Assembly (NCBI GenBank): GCA_963750165.1
Contig: CAVVPN010000012.1
Span: 384,001-448,000, forward strand
DNA length: 64,000 nt
Source: an uncultured Gemmataceae bacterium
GTDB taxonomy: Bacteria; Planctomycetota; Planctomycetia; Gemmatales; Gemmataceae
Direction of reading: 5' to 3'
Positions 10,003-21,994 of the stretch are shown in pieces. The notes beneath the pieces were generated by a model. The model was not told the origin of the DNA, made no database searches, and saw only the letters and a program-made list of their open reading frames with translations. The translations under genes were made by a program, and so were the position numbers. How positions within the stretch are numbered: position 1 is the first letter of the stretch; each line of letters opens with the position of its first letter.

Positions 10003-10239
10003 TCCCCCAGCCTGGCGGAATGCCGTTGGATTAAGCAGTTTTCGCGACTCCACTTACAACCAACCAATCGGTATAAACCGGGCAGCCGGCCGCGGCCCAC
10101 CAGGAGGGAGAGAGCCGCGAACACCAACCGCCGAATTCGGTTGGCCTTCTCCAGCACTTGCTCGAACTCACGGGGCCCCGACGGCAGCGGGAGGTTGCCG
10201 CCTCGGTCCTTTCCGATTGCTCCTGCCCCCGGGTGTGCC

Positions 10240-12033
10240 TTGGCGGAAGATCGGGTACAACAGGTCAAGGCCGCCAACGACATTGTGGATGTCGTTGGTA
10301 GCTATGTCGCCCTCCGGCCCGCCGGCCCCACCTTCAAAGGCCTCTGTCCCTTCCACGACGACCACCGGCCCTCCTTCGATGTCGATCCGCGCCGCCAGCG
10401 CTACCGCTGCTGGTCCTGTGGTAAGTACGGCGACGTGATCTCGTTTGTTCAAGAACAGGAACGTATCAGTTTTCTCGAAGCGCTCGAACTGTTGGCCCGC
10501 CGCGCCGGAATATCTTTAGAAAAAAGCGGCGCCGCCCAGCAAAATCGCAGCCGCGCCCTTATGCTTGAGACGATGAGTTGGGCCGCTCAGCTATTTCACG
10601 ACTGCCTGCTCGACGCGCCCGTCGCCGAGACCGCCCGCAAGTACCTCGGCGCGCGCCAGTTGCTCGGCGAGACCGTGCGCCGCAACCAGCTCGGCTACGC
10701 GCCGCTGGCCGGCGACTGGCTGGTGCAGCAGGCGAACGAACAGGATCAGCCGCTGGATTTACTGGAAAAACTGGGATTAATCGCACCACGGACGGGGGGG
10801 CAAGGGTACTACGACCGTTTCCGCGACCGGGTGATGTTTCCGATCCGCGATCCGCAGGGGCGCGTGGTCGGTTTCGGCGGCCGGATTCTGCCCGACTCCC
10901 CCCTCACAGGGCGGGCGCCGAAATACTATAACTCGTGTGACACGCCGCTGTTCACCAAGAGCGAGCAGCTGTACGGTATCGACCAGGCCCGGCAAGCCGC
11001 CGTCAGCGAGGGCTTTTTGGTGGTAGTCGAGGGCTACACGGACGTGCTCATGGCGCACCAGTGCAGCGTGCCGCAGGTGGTGGCGACGATGGGCACCGCA
11101 TTGAACGCCCGGCACGTGCAACAGCTCCGCCGCTTCTCGCCGCGCGTCGTGCTGGTCTTCGACGCCGACGAGGGGGGCGACACCGGCGTGGATCGGGCCC
11201 TGCAATTATTCGTCACCCATGATGTAGATTTGCGGATCGCGACGCTGCCCGTGGGGTTAGATCCGTGTGACTTGCTGGTGCAACAGGGGCCGGAACCGTT
11301 CAGGGCGGCCTTGACAAATGCTGTGGACGTGCTGGAATTTAAGTTGACTCGCGTTTTGACCGTCGAGGCGAACAACGGCACGGAAGGCCGGCGCCGGGCG
11401 GTGGACGCGGTGCTCGGCATCCTGGCCCTGGCCCCCCCCCTGCCGGACCAGGCCGCTGCGGTCAAGCAGGAACTGATGGTCACGCGCATTGCGCAGCGCC
11501 TCGCACTCAAGGAAGAGACGGTATGGGCACGACTTCGCGAACTGCGCGCCGGCAAGAAACCCGACAACCGCGAGCACCCCCGGCGGGAGGCGGGTTCCAC
11601 CCCCGAAGGGGAAGTGCGCAGCGCCCGCCCGGCGCCACTGGAGCGTGACCTGTTGACTGTCCTGCTGGCCGACCCACTGCTGGTGCCGCGTGCCCAGCAA
11701 GAAATTCCGGCCCGCGACATCCAGCACCCAGGGTTACAGCTGCTCCTTGAGGGTCTTTATCGTTTACAGGCGGAAGGCGTGCCCCCCGACCTCGACCGGC
11801 TGCGGCCGCGCATCGACAACCCGGCCCTGATGGCCGCGGCGATGCGACTGCAAGAGGAAGGGCAGGCCAACCCCGATCGGCTGGCGTGGCTGGAGAAAAT
11901 CGTGCTAGGTTTTCGCCGGCGCCGCCTGGAGGCCGAGAAGCAAGAACTCCTGAACCGCTTGCGCACGACCGACCCCAACTCCGAGGAGGCGTTGGAGCTG
12001 TTGCGGCGACTCCGGGACTTGAACGGTGGCTGA
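10240..12033 (+). CDS. dnaG: DNA primase
   Basis: CHC2 zinc finger CPFHDD..PSF..CWSC, YDRFRDRVMFPI, PKYYNS, TOPRIM VVEGYTDV and FDADEGG; start (TTG 10240) is uncertain. Confidence 0.97.
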   Translation: MAEDRVQQVKAANDIVDVVGSYVALRPAGPTFKGLCPFHDDHRPSFDVDPRRQRYRCWSCGKYGDVISFVQEQERISFLEALELLARRAGISLEKSGAAQQNRSRALMLETMSWAAQLFHDCLLDAPVAETARKYLGARQLLGETVRRNQLGYAPLAGDWLVQQANEQDQPLDLLEKLGLIAPRTGGQGYYDRFRDRVMFPIRDPQGRVVGFGGRILPDSPLTGRAPKYYNSCDTPLFTKSEQLYGIDQARQAAVSEGFLVVVEGYTDVLMAHQCSVPQVVATMGTALNARHVQQLRRFSPRVVLVFDADEGGDTGVDRALQLFVTHDVDLRIATLPVGLDPCDLLVQQGPEPFRAALTNAVDVLEFKLTRVLTVEANNGTEGRRRAVDAVLGILALAPPLPDQAAAVKQELMVTRIAQRLALKEETVWARLRELRAGKKPDNREHPRREAGSTPEGEVRSARPAPLERDLLTVLLADPLLVPRAQQEIPARDIQHPGLQLLLEGLYRLQAEGVPPDLDRLRPRIDNPALMAAAMRLQEEGQANPDRLAWLEKIVLGFRRRRLEAEKQELLNRLRTTDPNSEEALELLRRLRDLNGG

Positions 12034-12102
12034 GATGCGCATCGCCAACCCCTGCCGGCGACGGTCGGCCGCGGGCGCGGCGCATCACAAGGGGAGAGTT
12101 TG

Positions 12103-13758
<1,656 letters not shown>

Positions 13759-13765
13759 GGCGAAC

Positions 13766-13797
13766 ACCGCCGGCCCGAAAGGCCGGCGGTTTTTGTT
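13766..13797 (+). terminator. Rho-independent terminator after rpoD
   Basis: ACCGCCGGCC-cgaaa-GGCCGGCGGT followed by TTTTGTT. Confidence 0.85.
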
Positions 13798-13862
13798 GGT
13801 ACACTGATTTCACAGGCCATTCTCCGGGGGAGTTGCTTGGTGCCACAAGCGGAGGAACGGGT

Positions 13863-14369
13863 ATGTCTGGGAAATGGGCCGTGGCGGTGCTGGTGGGGTT
13901 GCTGCTTGCCGGGGCGGTGCGGGCCGACCCGCCGCGCCGGCAGATCACCCTGGAGAACGCGCGGCAGGTCGAACCTGGCGTGCATTACTCCCGCGTTGAA
14001 CGGCTGCTGGGGCCGCCGCGGGATGAGACGGACGGGCGCCTGGTCAGGGGAAGCGGCTTCTACGCCCCTTGCATCGGTGGGCTTGTGATCCGCGATACGA
14101 CCACACGATACTGGGTCTGCGATGAGATGAAGATCGCCGTCGAATTCAGCCGCGAAACCGGCCGGGTCGTCGGCGTGACGTTCAGCCAGCCGGAACTGCA
14201 GGACATCCCGGCGTGGGAACTGCTGGCGAACCGCGTGCGACGGCATCTCGACGTGCCTCCCGAGTGGATGCCGCAGGGGCCGGTGACTCGTCGCCCGTCC
14301 CGCAGCAATTCTCATGTACACACCAGGTTCACCGGAGGCGTGCTCGGAGGAAAACAAGAACGTCGTTAA
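13863..14369 (+). CDS. Exported hypothetical protein with a SmpA/BamE-like repeat signature
   Basis: Signal peptide, then ITLENARQVEPGVHYSRVERLLGPP. Confidence 0.6.
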   Translation: MSGKWAVAVLVGLLLAGAVRADPPRRQITLENARQVEPGVHYSRVERLLGPPRDETDGRLVRGSGFYAPCIGGLVIRDTTTRYWVCDEMKIAVEFSRETGRVVGVTFSQPELQDIPAWELLANRVRRHLDVPPEWMPQGPVTRRPSRSNSHVHTRFTGGVLGGKQERR

Positions 14370-14451
14370 CTGTCGGTGGGTGGCCTCTAGGGACGGTGTG
14401 CCTTCGCCAGTGATCAAATCAACATATACGGAACCGTTGGAGATTCGCACC

Positions 14452-15153
14452 ATGTCCGCACCCGGGCCGATCCTTCGTGAATGCCACCGCCTCCTGAAGC
14501 ACGCCCACGACCTGCAAACGCGCATCACCCAGGCTCCCAGGGCGCTGGCGGCGCAGCAAACCCGCGCCCGCAAAATGGACGAACTCCTGCACGCCGCCCA
14601 GGACGCCCTCAAAAAGCTCAAGGTGGCCACGCACGAAAAGGAAGTCGAGATCAAGACCAAACGGCAGCAGATCGACAAGTATCAGAAGCAGCTGAACGAC
14701 ATCAAGAACGCGAAGGAATTCGACGCCCTCAAGCACGAGATCGCCGCAGCCCAGCAACTCGTCAGCCAGCTCGAAGACGAGGTCCTCGCCGCCCTCGACG
14801 AGATTGACCGGCAGGCCGCCGCACTGCCCGAGGCCGAGAAGGAGGTCAAACGCGCTCACGCCGAACTCGCCGACTTCGACCGCATCAGCGCCGCCCGTGT
14901 CGCCGAGTTCGCCGCGCAACGTCAGCAGGCACTAACCGAACTGGTCCAGGTCGAGGCGACGCTGCCCGACGACGTGAAAGCGCTTTATGAACGGCCCGTG
15001 AAGGCCAAGGGCGAAGATGCGCTCTCGGCGGTCGAAAACCGCACCTGCGTCGCGTGTTACACCGAAGTCACGGCACAAAACTTTAACGAGCTGTTAAGTG
15101 GACGATACGTGACCTGCAAGAGCTGCGGACGCATCCTGTACCTGGTTCAGTAA
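14452..15153 (+). CDS. Coiled-coil protein with C-terminal C4-type zinc ribbon (DUF164/CT398-like)
   Basis: Long coiled coil, KNAKEFDALKHEI, CVAC...CKSCGRILY. Confidence 0.92.
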   Translation: MSAPGPILRECHRLLKHAHDLQTRITQAPRALAAQQTRARKMDELLHAAQDALKKLKVATHEKEVEIKTKRQQIDKYQKQLNDIKNAKEFDALKHEIAAAQQLVSQLEDEVLAALDEIDRQAAALPEAEKEVKRAHAELADFDRISAARVAEFAAQRQQALTELVQVEATLPDDVKALYERPVKAKGEDALSAVENRTCVACYTEVTAQNFNELLSGRYVTCKSCGRILYLVQ

Positions 15154-15251
15154 GTGCAACGCAAATCATCATTTGCAGCCACTATAGGGAAAAGGTAGTA
15201 ACCGCCAACTTGCCGCGTTGGACAAGAATTCCAAGATTTCTCAGATAACTC

Positions 15252-15280
15252 TTGCTCTGGCCCTTGACGACATTTACAAT
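15252..15280 (+). promoter_or_regulatory. Putative sigma-70 promoter; predicted TSS ~15287-15288
   Basis: TTGCTC-N17-TACAAT within an AT-rich stretch. Confidence 0.55.
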
Positions 15281-15287
15281 CCACACA

Positions 15288-15472
15288 GCGATAGGGAATT
15301 GAAGACACCGCGAGGAGGGAATGGCTTCCCTCCCCGGAGCGTTGTTTTTGTCAGGGACGTGCGTAGGCGGCTTCCTCCCCTACCAAGATCGCAAAACGCG
15401 GCCGTCTCGCACGGCGTCGGTGTCGTTTTGCTTTGGGGAGTCCCCTCGGTTTCCCATTCCTTGCCCTGTCGC
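15288..15472 (+). ncRNA. Candidate structured RNA or 5' leader (rod-like, 6S-sized)
   Basis: Four nested helices found by eye: 15288-96/15464-72, 15316-24/15454-62, 15330-40/15430-40, 15358-71/15401-13. Confidence 0.35.
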
Positions 15473-15564
15473 CGGTGCGGTTTGCCCCTCCGTGAGACTC
15501 TGGAGACGGCATGGACTCACGACCGCGTGGGCTCAACACACTGACACTTTAGGGAAGGAAGGCC

Positions 15565-16584
15565 ATGAAGACTGCTCGCCGCAAGCGCCCGGCCGCCGCT
15601 GCCGAACCGGCCGAGGCGACTGCGACTATGACACCCACCACGATTTTCTCCTCTGATTTGCTCACCCCCGAGGAGGAACGCGAACTCCTCGCCGGCTTCT
15701 GGGAATGCAAGAGCGAACTGGTGCGCATCCTCATCCGCCATTTCCCGCGGCTGCGCGCCCATCGGCCGCCGCTGGAACCCTGGCCGATGGCCCAGTTCAT
15801 TCGCGACCACTGTGACGGCGATGCCCGCACCGTGCTGGCCATTCGCCGCGTCCACGACCGCTACATCCACTGCAAGCACCGCCTCGCGTCCGCCAACATC
15901 CGCCTTGCCGCCCACGTCGCCAAGCGCTTCCGCCATCACGCCCTGGGCTACTCCGACCTGCTCCAGGAAGCAGTCTGCGGGCTGATGCAGGCCATCGACC
16001 GCTTCGACGTGAGCCACGGCACCCGCCTGGCCACCTATGCTACCTGGTGGATTCGCCAGACGCTGCAAATCGCCGTCGCGCGCCAGAGTCACCTGGTCAG
16101 CCTGTCGCCGCACCACCTCCAGGAACTCGGTCTGCTTCAGCAGGAGTCCGAGGCGCTGGCCCACGGCGGCAAGCACCTGCCGAGTCCGCAGGAACTGGCG
16201 TCGCGCACCGGCAGCAGCCTCGAACATCTAACCCACCTGCAAACCGCCACGCGGGCCCCGGTGTCGCTCAACGCCGTCCTCGACGACGACAGCGACTTCA
16301 AACTCACCGAGGCGATGCCCGACAACGAGAGCACGACGCTGCGGCAGAACTCCGAACGCCAGGAGGCCCTCAACTTCCTGATGGAGAACCTGCGGCCGCG
16401 CGAGCGCAAGGTGCTCGACCTGCGCTTCGGCCTGACCGGCAACGGCACGCACAGCCTGCGCCAGATCGGCCACCTGCTCCGCATCAGCAAGGAGCGCGTG
16501 CGGCAGATCCAGAACCGGGCCCTGGAGAAACTGCGGGCCTCCGCCGAGCGCGTCGGCTGGGAACCGAGCCTGCTGCTCGGGTAA
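15565..16584 (+). CDS. Alternative sigma-70 family factor (RpoD/SigA-like regions 2-4, no region 1.1)
   Basis: [73 protein letters not shown]. Confidence 0.92.
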   Translation: MKTARRKRPAAAAEPAEATATMTPTTIFSSDLLTPEEERELLAGFWECKSELVRILIRHFPRLRAHRPPLEPWPMAQFIRDHCDGDARTVLAIRRVHDRYIHCKHRLASANIRLAAHVAKRFRHHALGYSDLLQEAVCGLMQAIDRFDVSHGTRLATYATWWIRQTLQIAVARQSHLVSLSPHHLQELGLLQQESEALAHGGKHLPSPQELASRTGSSLEHLTHLQTATRAPVSLNAVLDDDSDFKLTEAMPDNESTTLRQNSERQEALNFLMENLRPRERKVLDLRFGLTGNGTHSLRQIGHLLRISKERVRQIQNRALEKLRASAERVGWEPSLLLG

Positions 16585-16588
16585 GGAA

Positions 16589-16687
16589 TTCACCACAGAG
16601 AACGCAGAGAGCGCAGAGAAAAGACCGAAGAGTGGTTGATCCACTCTTCGGTCTTTTCTCTGCGCTCTCTGCGCTCTCTGTGGTGAA
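16589..16687. repeat. Long hairpin of the CACCAC(A/G)GAG family (family E), likely also a terminator
   Basis: TTCACCACAGAGAACGCAGAGAGCGCAGAGAAAAGACCGAAGAGTGG...CCACTCTTCGGTCTTTTCTCTGCGCTCTCTGCGCTCTCTGTGGTGAA; related to 42040-42095. Confidence 0.85.
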
Positions 16688-16746
16688 ATCTTCTGGTATG
16701 CTGGGGAAAGGAGTCATTGGCAGCAGCCACGACAGAGGATCGCACG

Positions 16747-19700
16747 GTGCATGATTCGACCCCCGGCCCCGCCCCGGGCCCCACGCTCCAGGGCGTGCTC
16801 GGTTACCTGAACTTCTCCACGGGCCGGCCCGACCCGCGCTTTCACAAGCAACTCAACGACGCCTGCGCCACGCTCGTCCGCCAGAACGCCCCGGCCCCGT
16901 GGCAGGCGCTGCACGACTGGCTGCGCCGCGATCTGGAGTCCCTCCGCGCCGCCAACAGCGCCTTCCAGGACGTGCAGCAGGCCGCCGCTGTCCTGAACGC
17001 CGTGTTCGCCCGCCTGCTGCCCGCGTACCGTGCGTTCCACGCCGACCTGCTCGCCCACCAGCCCGACGCGCTGCTGCTCCAGCCCGGCTTTTTGGCCCGC
17101 GCCTGCGAGGCCGTGCTCGCCCAGGGGCCGCCCTGGGAGGAACACGACCGCCTTGTGCGCGGCGCCCTCGCTCAGCTCAACGACTACGTCGGCTACCGCC
17201 CCATCGCCATCCTGGAGACGCGACCGCGCGGCGAACCGTATCCGCACGAGAAACTGCGGCCGGTGCCCCTGTTTCTGCGCGGCGCCGGCCCGCTGGTTGG
17301 CCCTTACCACGACCTCATCGCCCGCGCCCTCGACGTGCTCGCCGCGACGCCGCCGCACCTGCTCGCCGACGCCTCCTTTGACCTGGCGCTGCTCGACGAA
17401 CTGGCCCTGGACCCACGCGCCTACGACCACGCTCATCCCGTGGACAAACGGCCCAACTACCGCTTCGGCGAATGGGACCCGCACCACCTCGATAACCAGG
17501 GCCGCTACCGCCGCTACGTCGCCCGCCAGCTGACGCTCGACGGCCTGCTCGACCGCGTTCGCGCCGCCCCCGAAGGGCTGCCGCGCGAGCAACTGATGCA
17601 GGAGGCGGCGGTCGTTTGCGCCGGCACCCTGCTCATGGCCACGGGCGTCAGCGGCGGCGCGCCCGGCGAGCACGACTCCTCAGTCACGCTGTCCACGCTG
17701 GTGGCGAAGATCGCCCGCTACCGCGAGACGTTCTACGCCCTGCACCTGCAAGCCGCGCGCGGCGACCACGGCGAACGGCTGCGGCAGGAGGCGCAGACGA
17801 CCCGCCAGCCCTTCGGCGGCGCCCGTCAGCACCTGAACCACTACCTGGCCCGCCTGCGCGCCACGCAGCTGCAACAGCGGCACCTGGCGCTGCTGCTGGC
17901 GCGCATGGGCTGCGCCGAGGCCAGCCGGCGGCAGGCGGCCGAGATCGAGGTGCCGTCGGTGCGCTTCCTCAGCGAAATGCACATCCACCTGACCGCCGGC
18001 GAGCTGGCGGTCGAAAGCGGCGACCTGGCCGCGGTGGCGCCGCTGCCCGCCGCGGTCGAGGATCTGATCCGCCGCGGCATCGACTGCGGCGCCGTGGTCG
18101 ATCCGTGGAACATCCTGGGCTTTCAAGGGCTGTTCCCGCTGTCGCCGGCGCAGGAGGACAGCGCTGCTGACACCCGCGTCGGCCAGCTGGTGCAGGTGGT
18201 CGAGCGGCTGCTGAACCTGCTGGCCCGGCTGCTGAGCGAGGCGGCGGCGCTCGGCCAGGACGACATCGGCAAACAGGCTGCCGCCGAGATGCGCAAACTG
18301 GCCGCGTGGTGGGACCGGTTCGCGTCGGTGGAGGTCGGCGATGTGCGGCACGTCCACGGCGGCGAGTCGGTGTCGTCGGCCGAGCACGTGGCGCGGGCGC
18401 TGACGAACTGGCGGCAGCGCGGCGCCGCGGCCGCGGACCTGGCGTTCTGGCGGCAGCACCTGGAGGGGTTCCGCTCACCCAAGGCGTTCGCGCTGGTGGT
18501 CGAGGCGCTGCTGCGCAAGCGGGACCTGCGGGCGGCGATGGCCCTGCTCATCAACTGGCTGGGCCAGGCCGAGCAGGTGCCGCTGGACGAGGGCGATTAT
18601 TCGTTCCACAACCTGGCGCTGCGCTGGATGATGCTCGCCTGCGACCCCGCGGCGCCGCAGCCATTCGCGCTGGTGCGGAAATGCTTCGACTACCTGGAGG
18701 CCAACGCCGAGGACTACTGGCAGGTGCCGCGCCTCGATGTGGTGCTGCCCGAGCAGGACCGCGAGGAAAAGGAGGATCTGTACAGCGCCGCCTATGAGGG
18801 CGTCAGTTATCAGGATACCACGGACGATGACGTGGAAGGTGAGGTACTGGGGGGCGAGGAGCCGCGCGAGTTCGACCTGCAGGTGGAGGCGGATCGGCTG
18901 GAAAAGCGGCTGCGGTTTTTATCGACGCTGGCCCGGCTGTGGACGACGGCGGTGCGGCGCGATCAGGTGGTTGCCGCTTCCCCCCTCACCCCCAACCCCT
19001 CGCCCCCTGAAGGGGGCGAGGGGGGAAAGCCCCCGGTCCCCTCCCCCGAAGCGGCGGAAGTGCTGCCGGCCTGGCTGGCGCGGGCGCAAGAATTACCAGG
19101 AATTACTCACGCTGCTGGACGCGATCCACGAGCACCCACTGGCGGGGCCGTCCGGCTCGTATGACTCGCTGGTGGAGTTCGACCGGCGGCGCGTCATCAA
19201 GGAACGGCTGCTGGGCGTGCTCATCGCCGCCAGCCTGGACACGGCGCTGGCCATCGGCACGCTGCAGGGGCGGCTGGCGGAGTTGCGCGGCGAGGAGGTG
19301 ACGGCGCCGGGGGCGGACGATCCGCACTGGGTGCCGGTGCTGCTGCGGCTGGACCGGGCGCTGTGGCGCGGCGAGGTCGGCACGGCGCGGGCACTGGTGA
19401 CGCCGTTTTTGCAGTTGTTCCAGCACGAGCCGCTGCTGTTCCGGCCGCTGGCGCAGGGCGGCCATCCACGGCACGTGCTGCAGGCGAGTCTGGCGCAGAC
19501 GATCCTGCGGACGCTAGCCGTCAACCTGCCGCGGCTGGGCCTGCTGCGCGAGGCGTATGAGTTGGTGCGCACGGCCCAGGCGATGGAGCTGGCGCAGCCG
19601 CTGGAGGGGCCGCGCGTCACCGAGTTCGACCGTCTGTTCGAGGGAGCGACCCAGGCGGTGGTCGAAACGGTGGTGGATGCGGCGCTGCGCGAGCCTCCCG

Positions 19701-20722
19701 TTGTGGCGGGGTCTCCCGACCCCGCCACCGGGCAGGACGAGGCGCTGGTGGAGTTCCTGGAAACGTTGATGGAGCCATTTCTATCGCTGTGGATGGAGCA
19801 CAGCCGGACGCTGCGCGTGGCGGTGCTGGAGACGGTGCGCGAGCAGGAGTGGCCGGCCCTGTGCGACTTCATCAAGCGCTACGGCCGCGACCTGTTTCAC
19901 GCGCGCTTCATGACGCTGGCGAACCTGCGTGGCATCCTGCACGGCGGCGTCGGCAAGTACCTGGACTACCTGGGTGCCAACCCCGACCCGCTGCACCCGG
20001 TGCGCCTGGTCGAGGAACTCGGCGACAAGGTGCGGCAGGTGGAGGCCGAGCGCTATTTGCAGGTGATTTTACAGGCGGTGATCGAGAATTACGAGGAATA
20101 CAAGGACTACAACACGACGACACCGCAGTCGGACTACGGCGACAACCTGCACCTGCTGCTGGATTTTCTGCGGCTCAAGGCGAGCTACGACCGCAACGCC
20201 TGGCATCTGCGGCCGCTGCTGCTGGTGCATGAGGTGCTGGCGCGGCGACACCTGCGCGTGGCGGAGCGCTGGCAGGGCCAGCTGACGCGGCTGACGAGCG
20301 ACCTGGCGGAACAATATTTGAAGGAGCTGGCGCAACTGGAGCGGCGGCACGGCATGCGGCTGCGAACGGTGGCGGATCGGCTGCAGGAGCGTTTCGTCAA
20401 GCCGCTGGCGCTGGACCGGCTGTGCGCCCTGATCGAACCGGTGATGGAGGAGGTGTACCACGGCGGCCCGGGGTCGGCGTTCGCGCGGCTGGAGAAGGAA
20501 TTGCGGCCGTACGCCGAGACGCCGGTGGGCGTGGGCCTGGACGTGCCGCAGTGGTTGCGGCGGCTGGACGCGGAAGTGCAGCGCGTGCTGGTGGCGCACG
20601 GGTCGCAGGTCCACCTGGTCGAGCAGTTGCTGCGCGTGCCGCGCGCGGCCGTGCGGTTGGAGGAACTGCAGCGGCAGGTGCAGGACTGGCGCAAGCCGCG
20701 GGAGCCGGGCGGCCCGAAGTAG
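16747..20722 (+). CDS. Very large (~1320 aa) alpha-helical hypothetical protein, apparent frameshift near 19087
   Basis: ORFs 16717..19164 and 18737..20722 join (...WLARA / KNYQELL...); continuous coding bias; motifs LGYLNFSTG, HPVDKRPNYRFGEWDPH, DPWNILGFQG, YKDYNTTTPQSDYG. Confidence 0.8.
18979..19026. repeat. Palindromic element inserted in frame in a CDS (encodes SPLTPNPSPPEGGEGG)
   Basis: CCCCTCACCCCCAACCCCTCGCCCCC-tgaa-GGGGGCGAGGGG. Confidence 0.7.
19703..19728. repeat. REP-like palindrome inserted in frame in a CDS (encodes VAGSPDPAT)
   Basis: GTGGCGGGGTC-tccc-GACCCCGCCAC, perfect 11-bp arms. Confidence 0.6.
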
Positions 20723-20750
20723 CCGGGGAGCTAGAAAAGCCAGGCCGCGG

Positions 20751-21919
20751 TTAGCGCTTCAGCCGCTGCGGCGCCCGGCTCTCCTGCACAAGGTCGTTCA
20801 CGAAGTCCAGCAGCAGCCGCGGCCAGACGCCGGCGTTCGGCATGGCACGCTCCATCTCCTCTTCGAGCTGCTCCTGCTGATAATCGCTCAGCGGCCGGCC
20901 GGGGCGGTTGTTGAGGAAGCCAACGATCAGCGTTTTGAAGCGGCGCTTGCTTTCTTCGCCGCGCGCGCCAGGAACAGGCGAATCTGAGCTTCGATGAGCG
21001 CGTCGCGGGCCTGGCGCATGAGCGTCGCCTCGCTGCCCGGCTCGACCGCCTTCTCCTTGTCCAGGTACACTGGCAGCAGCCGCGGCCCGTCGGCGAAGAC
21101 CGCCTTGACGTAGCCGTCGATGGTCTCCGGCTTCACCTTCGAGGCGCCGCTGTTGACGATGTTGGGCCGCTCCGGCGGCGGCAGTTCCGGCACCTTCAGC
21201 TTCGCGCGCGCCGGGGCGGTCAGGATGTACGCCTGCGGGTTGGTGACGTAGACGTAACGGCCCAGACCTTCGTGATACAGGTAATAGCCGGAGGACAACT
21301 TGACCGCCACGACTTCCCGGGGCAGCAGCAGAACGGTGCGACCGTCAATGGTGCAATCCACGGACTGGCGCGGAATGGCCCGCAGCAGGCCGTACGCAAA
21401 CGTGCCGTCGCGGAAGGCGATCAGTGAAGGGGTGGTCGTCTCGACGGCCGCGGCGTCTGCCATCTTGCCGCCCGCGGTTGAGGCCCCCGTCTTCTGCGCC
21501 TCCTCCAGCAGGTCGGACCAGTGGCGGATGGAGTCCCTGTAGTCGTACAGTTCCTCGCCCAGTTTGCGGAACTGGCGGTCGCGGATCATCTCCTTGAGTT
21601 CCGCCATCCGATCCGCCAGTGGCTTGAACAGTTGCTTCTCCTCGTCCGCGGTAAACACCTGCTCCATGATGAAGCGGTCGCGCGCGGCCCGCAGCAGCTC
21701 CAGCGCCTCGGCGGGTTGCCTGGCCTCCAGGCTCCGGGCCAGTTTCAGCACGGCGTCTACTTCCGTTTTCAGCTGCGTTTTCTTCTGTTGGTTCTGCTTC
21801 TTGAATTTCCCCAGCTGGCTCTTTTCGTCGGCGGCGCAGCGCCCCGCCGTGGCGGCGCAGGCGGCCAGGGTACACGCCAGGAGCAGACAGAATCGGACGC
21901 GGTTCATGAGAGTGCTCAC
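20751..21919 (-). CDS. Secreted hypothetical protein, apparent frameshift near 20965
   Basis: Signal peptide; ORF 20927..21919 continues in another frame (GEESKRRFKTLIVGFLNN...QRLKR) with good codon bias to TAA at 20751-20753. Confidence 0.7.
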
Positions 21920-21942
21920 AGTGACCGTGGATCAACCGCGCC

Positions 21943-21973
21943 GGCGAGCGGGGGGCGTGAGCCCCCGCTCGCC
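21943..21973. repeat. Short family-C hairpin / possible terminator after the YHS-like gene
   Basis: GGCGAGCGGGGG-gcgtgag-CCCCCGCTCGCC. Confidence 0.6.
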
Positions 21974-21994
21974 AGGCCGGTCGGTAGAGGGCGG

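Noticed and set aside
15154..15564. RNase P RNA (rnpB), tmRNA or a c-di-GMP riboswitch after the zinc-ribbon gene
   Set aside because: No GAGGAAAGTCC core, no tRNA-like ends or tag ORF, and only a GCAAAAC fragment of the c-di-GMP-I consensus
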